From Myxococcales bacterium (GTDB lineage: Bacteria; Myxococcota_A; Polyangia; Polyangiales; Polyangiaceae), in the NCBI GenBank assembly GCA_043747615.1, contig JAYTOU010000036.1:1-59455 (forward strand): a stretch of DNA of 59,455 nt, written 5' to 3'. The position numbers were made by a program, and so were the translations under genes. Of the stretch, positions 9,906 to 19,235 are shown one piece after another. Numbering within the stretch: the first letter of the stretch is position 1; every line of letters begins with the position of its first letter. The notes under the pieces are model-generated. The model saw only the letters and a program-made list of their open reading frames with translations, made no database searches and was not told the DNA's origin.

Positions 9906-11090
9906 ATGACGGACGCCTACCTGGCCATCCAAGAGAGAGCGATCCCTCTGCCGACCGCAAGCGCGGGCGAGCCCGCACGGTCCTGTCACGTGCGCGCCGT
10001 CGAAAAGTCATTTGGTGGTCAAGCGATCCTCAAAGCCGTGGAGCTCGACATTCCGCGGGGAACGTTCGCCGTCCTGGTCGGTCCGAGCGGCTGCGGGAAG
10101 AGCACGCTTCTTCGTTTGATCGCCGGACTCGAAGAGGTCGACCGCGGCACGATCACGATCGGTGACCGCGACGTCACCCGCCTTGCGCCTCGCGAACGCG
10201 ACGTCGCGATGGTCTTCCAGAGCTACGCGCTTTATCCCCACCTGACCGTGCGCGACAACCTCGCGTTCGGCTTGAAATTACGGGGCGCGCCGCCTGCGGA
10301 AATCTCCAAGAGCGTCGGCGAGGCCAGCGCGATCCTCGGTCTCGACAGTCTCCTCGACCGCCTGCCGAAGCAGCTCTCCGGCGGTCAGCGTCAGCGGGTG
10401 GCCATGGGGCGCGCGATCGTCCGACGGCCCTCTCTGTTTCTCTTCGACGAGCCACTGTCGAACCTCGACGCGGCGCTTCGAGCGGAGGTGCGCGTCGACA
10501 TTCGTCGCCTCCATGATCGTCTCGGCGCTACCACCATTTACGTCACCCACGATCAGGTTGAAGCGATGACGCTCGCCGACAAGCTCTGGGTGATGAACGG
10601 CGGTGTCGTCGAGCAAGCCGGCGCCCCGCTCGAGGTCTACGAGCATCCCCGCACGCGATTCGTGGCGACATTTCTAGGCTCGCCGCACATGAACATGATC
10701 GACGCGCAGCTGAAAAAAGAGGCGGATCGTCTGCTCGTAGTGGGAGGGGGCCTGTCCTGTAGCGTGCTCTCGACGCGCGTCGGAACGAGCGGCGACGGCG
10801 ACGAAGTGACGCTTGGAATTCGTCCGCATGATCTCGTGCGCACGGCCGGTCCGGCGGCAGAAGGCACGGTGGCCTCGATGCGCGTCGAGGTGATCGAAGC
10901 GCTCGGCTCCGAGGCTTTCGTGCACGGCAAAGTAGACGGCGCCGACACCCGACTCGTCGCCCGCGTCGAGCCCGAGGACGCGAAGAAGCTGCGAGCAGGG
11001 ACCACCATCTCGGTCGGGGTCGACCCGGCGCGCATTCATCTGTTCGATCGCGTCTCCGGGGTCACGCTCGACGTCGCCTCTGCTCCGTGA
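9906..11090 (+). CDS. Sugar ABC transporter ATP-binding protein (MalK/MsmX family)
   Basis: Walker A GPSGCGKS, LSGGQRQR, DEPLSNLD, YVTHDQ; C-terminal TOBE-like region. Confidence 0.95.
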   Translation: MTDAYLAIQERAIPLPTASAGEPARSCHVRAVEKSFGGQAILKAVELDIPRGTFAVLVGPSGCGKSTLLRLIAGLEEVDRGTITIGDRDVTRLAPRERDVAMVFQSYALYPHLTVRDNLAFGLKLRGAPPAEISKSVGEASAILGLDSLLDRLPKQLSGGQRQRVAMGRAIVRRPSLFLFDEPLSNLDAALRAEVRVDIRRLHDRLGATTIYVTHDQVEAMTLADKLWVMNGGVVEQAGAPLEVYEHPRTRFVATFLGSPHMNMIDAQLKKEADRLLVVGGGLSCSVLSTRVGTSGDGDEVTLGIRPHDLVRTAGPAAEGTVASMRVEVIEALGSEAFVHGKVDGADTRLVARVEPEDAKKLRAGTTISVGVDPARIHLFDRVSGVTLDVASAP

Positions 11091-13294
11091 TGAGCCCTGC
11101 TCGGATCGTGGCGAGCCGGAGGTCGACGTGGGTCCTTGCACTCCTCGTCTGCGCCCTTATTTTCTCGGGGTGCGGTGAGCCGGGCGAGCATCTCGTCCTC
11201 TGGCATTCCTACCGCGGCGACGAAGAAGCCAGCCTGAACGAGCTCGCCCGCCGTTACGAGCGCGAGCACCGCGGAGTCACCGTCGAGCTTCTGGCGATCC
11301 CCTTCGACGCGTACGGCGCCAAGCTCTCCGCGGCCATTCCGCACGCGCACGGTCCCGATCTTTTCATCGAAGCGCACGAGCGCCTCGGCTCGTACTTGAA
11401 GGAGAAGCTCGTCGCTCCCGTGGGCGACGCGTTTCCCGAGGAGGATGTGGCCAAGTTCGACGTCATCTCCGTTGCTGCGGTCACCGTGGCCGGAGCGCGC
11501 TACGCCGTTCCGCTCGCCAACAAATGCCTGGCGCTCTACGTGAACGAGAAGCTCGTGCCCGGCACGCCGGCGACGCTCGAAGAAATCATTTCTCTCCGCC
11601 AGGCTCTCCCGCCCGACGTATTTCCCCTCGCGTACGACACCACGAGCGCGTTTTTTCACGCACCGTTTCTCCACGCGTTCGGCGGCGAGATGATCGACGG
11701 GAGCGATGGGTTTGCATTCACGGGCGACCGCGCAGCCGCCTCGGTGGACTTCGTGCACGACCTCGTCGCCGCCCACGTGGTTCCGGAAGAACCGAACGAC
11801 GCCCTAGTTGCTAGCCTCTTCAAGAGCGGACACGCCGCGGCGGTCATCAACGGGCCATGGTTTCAGGCGGATCTAAAGGGCTCGATCTCCTACCGGATCA
11901 TCCCTCTGCCGCGCCTCGCCGCAACGGGCGAGAAAATGCGTCCGTACATGACTGTCGAAGGCGTATTCGTCACTCCGACCGGAGCCACGCATCCTTCGGC
12001 GCGCGCGTTTGCCCGCTGGCTCGGTGGCGATGACGCTGCGATCGTGCGCGCCACGGTAGGGCAGCAAGTCGTTGCGCGCCTCGATGCCTGGAAAGATCCG
12101 ACGGTCGCGTCGAACGAGCGTCTTCGCGCATTTCATGATGCGGCGCGTGAGGCCGTTCCGATGCCCACCTCGACCGCGATGCGCGCGACGTGGGTTCCCG
12201 CAAACCAGGCGATCATGAAGGTGCTGCGCGGCGACGCCACCTCGCGCGCTGCGCTCGACGAAGCACGCGCTCGCTTCATCGACGTGATGCGCCCTCCGCC
12301 CCCGCCCCCCTCGCCTACGCCAGCGCTACTCTTCGCTGGGCTCGTTCTCTTGATCGGTGCAGCGCTTATGGTTCGCCGCGCTTTCAACCCCGCCTTCCGT
12401 CGCGAAGTACGAGCCTCCCTTCCCGCGTACCGTTACGTCGCGCACGCCGCTTTGGCCGTCGTGGCCTTGGTCATTTTTCCACTGGCCGCGGGTGCTCTCA
12501 CCTCATTCTTCGCAGGCACGCGTGACGCACCGAGGTACGTGGGCCTCGCGAACTACGTCTCGATTCTCACGGCGAGAGGAGGCGATCTCCTCGCGCACGG
12601 TTCATTTTACCTGACGCTCCTCGTCACCGTGGTCTGGACGATCCTCAACGTCACCATGCACGTGGCCATCGGGCTTGCCCTGGGGATCGCGCTTTCGCGA
12701 CCGCTACTCAAGCTGCGCGCGGTCTATCGCGTTCTCCTCATCCTTCCCTGGGCAGTGCCTTCCTACGTGACCGCGCTCGCATGGAAGGGCATGTTTCATA
12801 GGCAATTCGGGGCAGTCAACGCGATCCTGGTAGCGCTCGGCGCCGAGCCCGTGTCGTGGTTTTCTCATTTCAGCACGGCCTTCGCGGCAAACCTGGCGAC
12901 CAACGTGTGGCTCGGTTTTCCCTTCATGATGGTGGTCACGCTCGGCGCGCTCACGTCGATTCCACGCGACGTTCTCGAGGCCGCGGAGGTCGACGGAGCG
13001 ACACGATGGCAACGCTTCCATCTGGTGACGTTGCCGCTGCTGAAGCCCGCGCTCCTCCCGGCCGTCGTGCTTGGCGCGGTGTGGACGTTCAACATGTTCA
13101 ACGTCGTGTACCTGGTGTCCGGAGGCGAGCCGGACGGAACGACCGACGTCATGGTGAGCGAAGCGTACCGCTGGGCGTTCACTCGCGACGCGCAGTACGG
13201 ATACGCCGCGGCGTACGCCGTCCTTATTTTTCTGCTTCTTGCCGGCGTAACGCGCGGCCTTGCGCGGATGCGCAGCGCGGAGGAGATCACGTGA
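11087..13294 (+). CDS. Fused maltodextrin-type solute-binding protein and MalF-like permease
   Basis: Lipobox IFSG-C; binding-protein motifs GPDLF, INGPW, PMP; poly-Pro linker; multiple TM segments and EAA loop (LEAAEVDGA). Confidence 0.9.
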   Translation: MMSPARIVASRRSTWVLALLVCALIFSGCGEPGEHLVLWHSYRGDEEASLNELARRYEREHRGVTVELLAIPFDAYGAKLSAAIPHAHGPDLFIEAHERLGSYLKEKLVAPVGDAFPEEDVAKFDVISVAAVTVAGARYAVPLANKCLALYVNEKLVPGTPATLEEIISLRQALPPDVFPLAYDTTSAFFHAPFLHAFGGEMIDGSDGFAFTGDRAAASVDFVHDLVAAHVVPEEPNDALVASLFKSGHAAAVINGPWFQADLKGSISYRIIPLPRLAATGEKMRPYMTVEGVFVTPTGATHPSARAFARWLGGDDAAIVRATVGQQVVARLDAWKDPTVASNERLRAFHDAAREAVPMPTSTAMRATWVPANQAIMKVLRGDATSRAALDEARARFIDVMRPPPPPPSPTPALLFAGLVLLIGAALMVRRAFNPAFRREVRASLPAYRYVAHAALAVVALVIFPLAAGALTSFFAGTRDAPRYVGLANYVSILTARGGDLLAHGSFYLTLLVTVVWTILNVTMHVAIGLALGIALSRPLLKLRAVYRVLLILPWAVPSYVTALAWKGMFHRQFGAVNAILVALGAEPVSWFSHFSTAFAANLATNVWLGFPFMMVVTLGALTSIPRDVLEAAEVDGATRWQRFHLVTLPLLKPALLPAVVLGAVWTFNMFNVVYLVSGGEPDGTTDVMVSEAYRWAFTRDAQYGYAAAYAVLIFLLLAGVTRGLARMRSAEEIT

Positions 13295-14157
13295 GCGGTC
13301 GGGAAGAGACCCGCGTGGGCCCCGTCGAGACCGGCCTCCTTCACGTGCTGCTCGTCGCCGCGGTGTGCTTCGCGCTCTATCCGATCCTGTGGGTGATCGC
13401 ACTTGCCCTCACGCCCGGCGGGCTCGGTGCCGAAGCGGGCATCTTGCCGTTCCCTCACGATCCTTCGCTCGAAAATTTTCGGCGCGTCCTCGGCATGGGC
13501 GATCCGGCGCGCGCGTGGCTCTTCTGGCGGCAGCTCGCGAACTCCCTCGTCGTTGCACTCGCGACAGCATTCGTCGCCGTGGCCATCGCCACCCCGGCGG
13601 CCTATGCGCTCGCGCGTTTCCGTTTCGTCGGCTCACGCGCTGGTATGAGCACCCTCCTCGCGACACAGATGTTCCCCGCGGTAGCGAGCGCCGTCCCGCT
13701 CTACCTGCTTCTCGACGCGCTTCACCTGCTCGACTCACGCGTGGGGCTCGTCCTCGTCTACGCATCTACCGCCGTGCCGTTCGCGATCTTTCAGCTGCGC
13801 GGAGCCTTCCTGTCCATCCCGGTGGACATCGAAGAAGCGGCGATGGTCGACGGTGCCTCGCGCGCGCAGGCATTTTGGTTGGTAGTCCTCCCGGCGGCGA
13901 GGCCGGCGATCGCGGTCACGGGTCTCTTCGCATTCATGAGCGCGTGGAACGAGTTCATTCTCGCCGCGACGCTGCTCTCGCGCGAGACCGCCTTCACGCT
14001 GCCGGTCGTTCTTCAACGCTACGTGGGCGAGCACGATGCGGCGTGGGGACCCTTTGCCGCGGGAGCGATCTTGGTCAGCGTGCCAGTGATGGCCCTCTTC
14101 TACGTCGCACAGAAACAGCTCGTTTCGGGGCTCACCGCGGGCGGGGTCAAGGGCTGA
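13291..14157 (+). CDS. Sugar ABC permease (MalG-like)
   Basis: GTGA overlap with the upstream stop; TQMFP, EEAAMVDGA, AWNEF. Confidence 0.93.
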   Translation: MSGREETRVGPVETGLLHVLLVAAVCFALYPILWVIALALTPGGLGAEAGILPFPHDPSLENFRRVLGMGDPARAWLFWRQLANSLVVALATAFVAVAIATPAAYALARFRFVGSRAGMSTLLATQMFPAVASAVPLYLLLDALHLLDSRVGLVLVYASTAVPFAIFQLRGAFLSIPVDIEEAAMVDGASRAQAFWLVVLPAARPAIAVTGLFAFMSAWNEFILAATLLSRETAFTLPVVLQRYVGEHDAAWGPFAAGAILVSVPVMALFYVAQKQLVSGLTAGGVKG

Positions 14158-14207
14158 CGGCCCGCCGAAAAGTTGGCCCATCCTCGACGACGAGCGTCAC
14201 GTGCGGC

Positions 14208-14366
14208 ATGGCCAGAAAGACGCCTTCGCCCCAAACGTCAACCAAGAAGCCCGAGCGTCGGGGATCAACCGTTCGTCGGGTCGACGACCGCCGCGCCTTC
14301 CCGCCACGGCCCGAAGGACGCAGGCAAACAGGCGGGCGCCGACGCGGCGATCCAGCAGAGTCGTGA
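14208..14366 (+). CDS. Small basic hypothetical protein (52 aa)
   Basis: ATG14208 to TGA14366 fills an otherwise empty gap; Arg-rich ERR/DRR/GRR motifs. Confidence 0.45.
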   Translation: MARKTPSPQTSTKKPERRGSTVRRVDDRRAFPPRPEGRRQTGGRRRGDPAES

Positions 14367-14401
14367 TTCTAGCGGCTCGCTACCAGCGACTCGATGTACC
14401 G

Positions 14402-14647
14402 CTAGGGCTTTGCTTGAGGCGCTGACTCACCGAGTGCCGCATTTTCTTGGGTGATTCGATCCCGAAATTGCTCGGGCGTCTCGTCTACCGTGCGGAAACG
14501 GTAGTGCCCCGAGCTCACGGGCGCGACGAAATCGCCCGGTTGGCTGAGAGGGGATTCCTCGTTGGCTTGGCGCCCCGCCATCATGACCGTGACGACGACG
14601 CCCACGATGACGACCACCAGCGCGACGATGCCGAGCGCGAGAAGCAT
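14402..14647 (-). CDS. Small single-pass membrane protein
   Basis: N-terminal hydrophobic helix followed by a short soluble tail. Confidence 0.7.
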   Translation of the reverse strand: MLLALGIVALVVVIVGVVVTVMMAGRQANEESPLSQPGDFVAPVSSGHYRFRTVDETPEQFRDRITQENAALGESAPQAKP

Positions 14648-14695
14648 TTCGAATCCCTCCAGATCCCGTCGCGAGCGTAGTACGAAGCCCGGAGC

Positions 14696-15823
14696 GTGAC
14701 CACTCGGCAGAAAAACGCGATGTACCTCTTGGCGGTCTTCGCCCTTTCGGCAGTGCTCTTCGCTTTATCGTTGCGCGCAAAACGTCCGGAAGGAGCGGCA
14801 GGCAAGACGCTTCTGTCTGCGCTCCCGGAGGACTCGTTCATGGTGGCAACCGTGGATATGAAAGCGCTCCGCGCGTCCCCGCTTGCCGGCCCGCTCACGT
14901 CGCTTGGGCTCGGTCGCCTCGGAGCGGGCGCAGCGATTCAAGGGGCGAGTGCGACGTGCGGTTTCGATCCAGCGGCGAAGATCGACGAGCTGGCGATCGC
15001 GCTTCCGGAAGCGGAAGACACCGGCGATTTCGGTCTCGCGATGCAAGGAGCCGTGGGGCGCGACGAGCTCGTGGAGTGCGCGAAGAAGGTCATTTCAGCG
15101 CGCGGCGGGCGTCCGACGGTCGCTCCGCAAGGTGCCTTCACGTTCGTCGACGACACCACCGTCGGCGCAAAGCTCGCCCTCCACGAGGGAGGACCATTTC
15201 TACTCGCGCGGGGGCCTTGGCTGACGAAGATGGTCGCCACCGTCGAGAAAACGAACCCGTCGATCGAGGGCAGCCCGCAGCACCTCGAGCTCCGACGCGC
15301 GCTCGGCCCGGCCGCGCTCGTGATCACCGCTCTTCTGCCGTCGAAGCTCCGCGATCGATTGAAGCACGACATGAACGCAGAGCTGACGGGGGCAAACGGG
15401 AATCAGGCGATGGCGGGAGTTCTCGCGGTCAAAGGCGCCGGCGTCGCCCTCGTTCCGGGCGTGGCGGGCGGCACGACGGAGCTGACCGTCGAGCTGCGCT
15501 GCGAGACGGCCGACGCCTGTACGGAAGTGAAAAAGTTGGTGGAGCGCAAACGTGACGGCTGGTCGAAGGACTTGAGCTTTCGGTTGCTCGGCATGGGCCC
15601 GTTGATCGACGCCCTCGCGATCGAAACGCACGAAGCGACGCTTCACGCGACGACGCACCTCCCCGCAGACGATGCGCGTCGCCTGCTAGAGCAAGTGATC
15701 GAGATGACCACCCCCCACCGCCGTGAGTCTTCAGCCCCTCCGCTGCCGGGCGCGCCGCGTCCCCCCGACGAGGTGGTTCCGGCGCGATCGCCCGCGCGAA
15801 AAGAGCCTTCACCATCTCGGTGA
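14696..15823 (+). CDS. Hypothetical exported or membrane-anchored protein
   Basis: N-terminal TM/signal; LLSALPEDS.MVATVD...LRASP pattern; Pro-rich tail. Confidence 0.75.
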   Translation: MTTRQKNAMYLLAVFALSAVLFALSLRAKRPEGAAGKTLLSALPEDSFMVATVDMKALRASPLAGPLTSLGLGRLGAGAAIQGASATCGFDPAAKIDELAIALPEAEDTGDFGLAMQGAVGRDELVECAKKVISARGGRPTVAPQGAFTFVDDTTVGAKLALHEGGPFLLARGPWLTKMVATVEKTNPSIEGSPQHLELRRALGPAALVITALLPSKLRDRLKHDMNAELTGANGNQAMAGVLAVKGAGVALVPGVAGGTTELTVELRCETADACTEVKKLVERKRDGWSKDLSFRLLGMGPLIDALAIETHEATLHATTHLPADDARRLLEQVIEMTTPHRRESSAPPLPGAPRPPDEVVPARSPARKEPSPSR

Positions 15824-15873
15824 GCTCGTCCTGGCCGCAGTGCCTTTTTTGGCGTAATTTCCAGTCGCTTCCC

Positions 15874-18006
15874 ATGTCTTACACTACCGATCCGCGTCTT
15901 CTTGCACTCCGGGACAGGCTCCCCGGCCAGGTGCTGCGCGGAAGCAACGGCGTCCAATATCACCTGCGCGATCGCATCGGCGAAGGCGGGCAGGGTTGGG
16001 TCTTCACCGCGAACTGGGATGAGCCCGGCGGATTCGTGGTGATCGTAAAGGTGCTGAGGCCCGACGCTGTCAGCGGCGATGCGCTCCGTCGGTTCCAGCG
16101 CGAAGCAGAGGTGCTGCGAATGCTCTCGCAGCAAGCGCGGCCAAACCCAAACATCGTGCGCTTCTACGATCATGCCGTCGCCCACATGCCGTCACCGGTG
16201 GGCGGCGGTCCGTTGGTGTTGCCGTTCACCGTCCTCGAGTACGTGAACGGGCTCACCCTCGAGCAGGCCCTCGACACCACGCGTGGGCGCGGTCTTCCCG
16301 TCGAGCGCGTCAGGCGCATCGTCCGTCAGGTCGCACAGGCGCTGGAGCTCGTGCACGCGCAGAACATCGTTCATCGCGATCTCAAGCCGTCGAACATCCT
16401 CCTCGCGACGGAGGCGGGTGCCGAGGTCGCAAAAGTCACCGATTTTGGTCTAGTGAAGCTCGTCGAAGTGAGCATGCAGCGGACGACCTCGCTGGCGGGC
16501 GCGTCGCTCGGCTATGCGCCGCCGGAGCAGTACGAGCAGGGAAATCAGCGTGTATCGGTGCGCACCGACGTCTTCTCCCTTGCGGCGATCACCTACGAGA
16601 TGCTCACCGGAAAGTACGCGTTTCCCTTTCGCGATGGAGAGAACCCGCTTCTCATCGTCACCCGCATCTTGAACGGATCACGTCCGTCTCTCGCCGAGAA
16701 TCACGGCGCGGTCGCGACGGAGCTCCAGGGGCGCGGAGATCTCATCGAGCAGCTCGATGTACAGTTCGCGCGCGCGCTCAGCCCTGATCCGAAAGATCGC
16801 CATCCATCGGTCGCCGATTTCTGGGGGAAGATGGAGCCGATTCTGCGGTTGGCCGCCGAAAGCGCGGGCGCGCGCCTGTCAGGTGCTCCGGCGGCGTCTG
16901 CTGCGGAGGAACAGCTTCCGTTCCTGGCGACGGTTCCCGCGTACCCGACGGGAGGGCGGATACCGACCCGCCAGAGCGGTCTTCCGGCAGTCGACATGCC
17001 GTCTCCCCCGCGCGAAGAAACTTCGAGCGCCGGTCGTGTACCGACCGCGCCGCGGCCCGCACCTGTCTCGGACATGAGATCGCGGCTGCCTGAGGCAGAT
17101 GCAGGGAGGCCTGCGGCGTGGAGCTGGCGCGTCACCACCCGCACGATCCAGGCGGGCATCGTTGTCGCAGCTTCCTTCTCCCCCGATGGCCAGAGCGCAA
17201 TTGGCGTTGGACCAACGGGGCTCGCGCGTTGGGAGAAAGGCGCGTGGGTGGGGATCGCCCTTCCCAGCGTGGTCGACACGCGGTTGGTTCGCGGCCTGAA
17301 GCGCGTTCGCAACGGAGACGTGGTGCTCGTGGGTGAGCGCGCACTCGCGGTGCGCATAGCGCCGAGTGGAGCGAGCGAGGTCTGGCACGTACCGGATCGC
17401 GAAGCGACGTTTCACATGGCCTTCGTCGACGACCGCACGGGATCGGTCACGCTCGGCGGCGATCGGCCGGGGCGCGCGTCCACGCGGGGCTCCACGGTGG
17501 GGACTCTCGTCCAGCTCGTAGACGGGCGCGTGATCTTCGCGAGCGACGTGGCGGGAACGTTGCGCCTGCGGGCAGCGGCGCGCGTGGTCAGCGGATCCAT
17601 TCTGGTGTGCGGAGATTTCGGCGCCCTCGCCCGACTCGAAACCGGAAATGCTGAGCACGTCGCGTCGCTCTGCGGCGGACATCTTCTGGCGATCGAGTCG
17701 CTGCCGGACGGCGGAGCAATCACGGTTGGCGCAGGCGGTCACGCGCTCTACATCTCTCCTCGCCTTGAAGGTCACCTCGAAGCCGTGCAGACTACGCGCG
17801 ACCTGCTCTCGCTCTCCATATCGGAAGACGGTTCGGCGTGGGCCGGCGCCGCGCAAGCTCGCCTCCTGCGCCGCACGGGCGACAGCTGGGTGCGTATGAG
17901 CGGGGATCTCGGCGTTGCGGCGGGAGTGATTGCGATCTGGGCTGGCGCACGTTTCGTTCGGGCGGTGTGTGATGACGGGGCGGTGATCGAAGGTCAGTTG
18001 GCGTGA
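15874..18006 (+). CDS. Ser/Thr protein kinase with C-terminal beta-propeller-like repeats
   Basis: IGEGGQG, VKVLRP, HRDLKPSN, DFG, YAPPEQ, DVFS; C-terminal repeated VG..G beta-strand units; no TM seen. Confidence 0.92.
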   Translation: MSYTTDPRLLALRDRLPGQVLRGSNGVQYHLRDRIGEGGQGWVFTANWDEPGGFVVIVKVLRPDAVSGDALRRFQREAEVLRMLSQQARPNPNIVRFYDHAVAHMPSPVGGGPLVLPFTVLEYVNGLTLEQALDTTRGRGLPVERVRRIVRQVAQALELVHAQNIVHRDLKPSNILLATEAGAEVAKVTDFGLVKLVEVSMQRTTSLAGASLGYAPPEQYEQGNQRVSVRTDVFSLAAITYEMLTGKYAFPFRDGENPLLIVTRILNGSRPSLAENHGAVATELQGRGDLIEQLDVQFARALSPDPKDRHPSVADFWGKMEPILRLAAESAGARLSGAPAASAAEEQLPFLATVPAYPTGGRIPTRQSGLPAVDMPSPPREETSSAGRVPTAPRPAPVSDMRSRLPEADAGRPAAWSWRVTTRTIQAGIVVAASFSPDGQSAIGVGPTGLARWEKGAWVGIALPSVVDTRLVRGLKRVRNGDVVLVGERALAVRIAPSGASEVWHVPDREATFHMAFVDDRTGSVTLGGDRPGRASTRGSTVGTLVQLVDGRVIFASDVAGTLRLRAAARVVSGSILVCGDFGALARLETGNAEHVASLCGGHLLAIESLPDGGAITVGAGGHALYISPRLEGHLEAVQTTRDLLSLSISEDGSAWAGAAQARLLRRTGDSWVRMSGDLGVAAGVIAIWAGARFVRAVCDDGAVIEGQLA

Positions 18007-19232
18007 CGACGGGAGCCGTAAACACGCCTCATCCAGCTAGTTTGCCTCCGAAAGGAGCCTCACGCGCCATTGGGAAGCGGCCGCGGATGAGCAGCTTCCT
18101 GCGAATCTTGGTGGCGGTCACGGTGATCGCTCACGTCCCGTTCTTGCTCGCCGTGGTGGTCTTCGCGAAGCGCATCGCCTTCCCCGCGCCGTGGACGCTG
18201 GCGCTCACACTCACCACGTTCGGCGTGGGCGTTTTCATGGCACGCGCCGGCGCCGGGATGAGCGATCGCCGTCGCACTCGCTCGATGATCAACCTGGTCG
18301 ACATTCCGTCTTTCATCCACTGGTGCGCGTGCCTCTTCACGGTCGTACCCTGCGCGGTCGCCACGCTCGTCGCGCCCATCGTCGACGCCGTGCGCGGCAG
18401 GCTCATCGCCCTACCCTGGAATTTCTACCTCTGGGCGTACGTGGTGGGTGTCGCGGTCTCCGCATACGGGATCCTGATTCGCCGCCGCTGGTTCGTGGTC
18501 AAAGAGATCCCGGTCCCCATCGCCGGGCTCGATCCCAAGCTCGACGGATTTCGTATCGCTCACTTATCCGATCTCCACATCGGGGCCATTACCCCGCGCG
18601 CGTGGGGCGAGCGCTGGGCGCGTGCGGCCAACCGCGCTGCTCCCGACATCACGGTGGTCACCGGAGACATGGTGACCAGCGGCACCGACTTTCACGAGGA
18701 TATCGCGAACGTGATTGCGATGCTCGAGGCGAAGCTCGGCGTCTTCGTTTCCATGGGAAATCACGATTATTTCGGGGAGGGAGAGCCGCTCATCACTCTC
18801 ATCCGCGATCGCGGTCCGAAAGTCCTGCGCAACGAAGGAGTGGTCATCGAAAAGAACGGCGCGAAGCTCTTTGTCTCCGCCATCGACGACACGTGGACCC
18901 GACGCGACGACTTGCTCCTCGCACTCAGCGATCGACCGGAGGGCGTCCCCGTGATCCTACTCGCCCACGATCCAGAGCGCTTCACGCAATCAGCGAAGCT
19001 TGGTGTAGAGCTCACACTAAGTGGCCACACCCACGGTGGTCAGATTGCGGTCCCTTTTTTGGCCAAGTGGCTTTCGCTCTCCCATCTCACGCATCACTTT
19101 CACCTGGGCCTCTACAAAAAAGTGCGCTCCACGCTTTACGTGCACCCCGGCCTCGGGACCACCGGCCCTCCCATCCGAATTGGTGTCGCTCCAGCGGTGG
19201 TGATCCTCACCCTCCGCGCCGTCGCCGCATAG
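18003..19232 (+). CDS. Membrane-anchored metallophosphoesterase (YkuE/YaeI-like)
   Basis: N-terminal TM helices; SDLH, TGD, GNHD, LAHDP, SGHTHGGQ; start could be ATG18087. Confidence 0.9.
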   Translation: MTTGAVNTPHPASLPPKGASRAIGKRPRMSSFLRILVAVTVIAHVPFLLAVVVFAKRIAFPAPWTLALTLTTFGVGVFMARAGAGMSDRRRTRSMINLVDIPSFIHWCACLFTVVPCAVATLVAPIVDAVRGRLIALPWNFYLWAYVVGVAVSAYGILIRRRWFVVKEIPVPIAGLDPKLDGFRIAHLSDLHIGAITPRAWGERWARAANRAAPDITVVTGDMVTSGTDFHEDIANVIAMLEAKLGVFVSMGNHDYFGEGEPLITLIRDRGPKVLRNEGVVIEKNGAKLFVSAIDDTWTRRDDLLLALSDRPEGVPVILLAHDPERFTQSAKLGVELTLSGHTHGGQIAVPFLAKWLSLSHLTHHFHLGLYKKVRSTLYVHPGLGTTGPPIRIGVAPAVVILTLRAVAA

Positions 19233-19235
19233 ATC

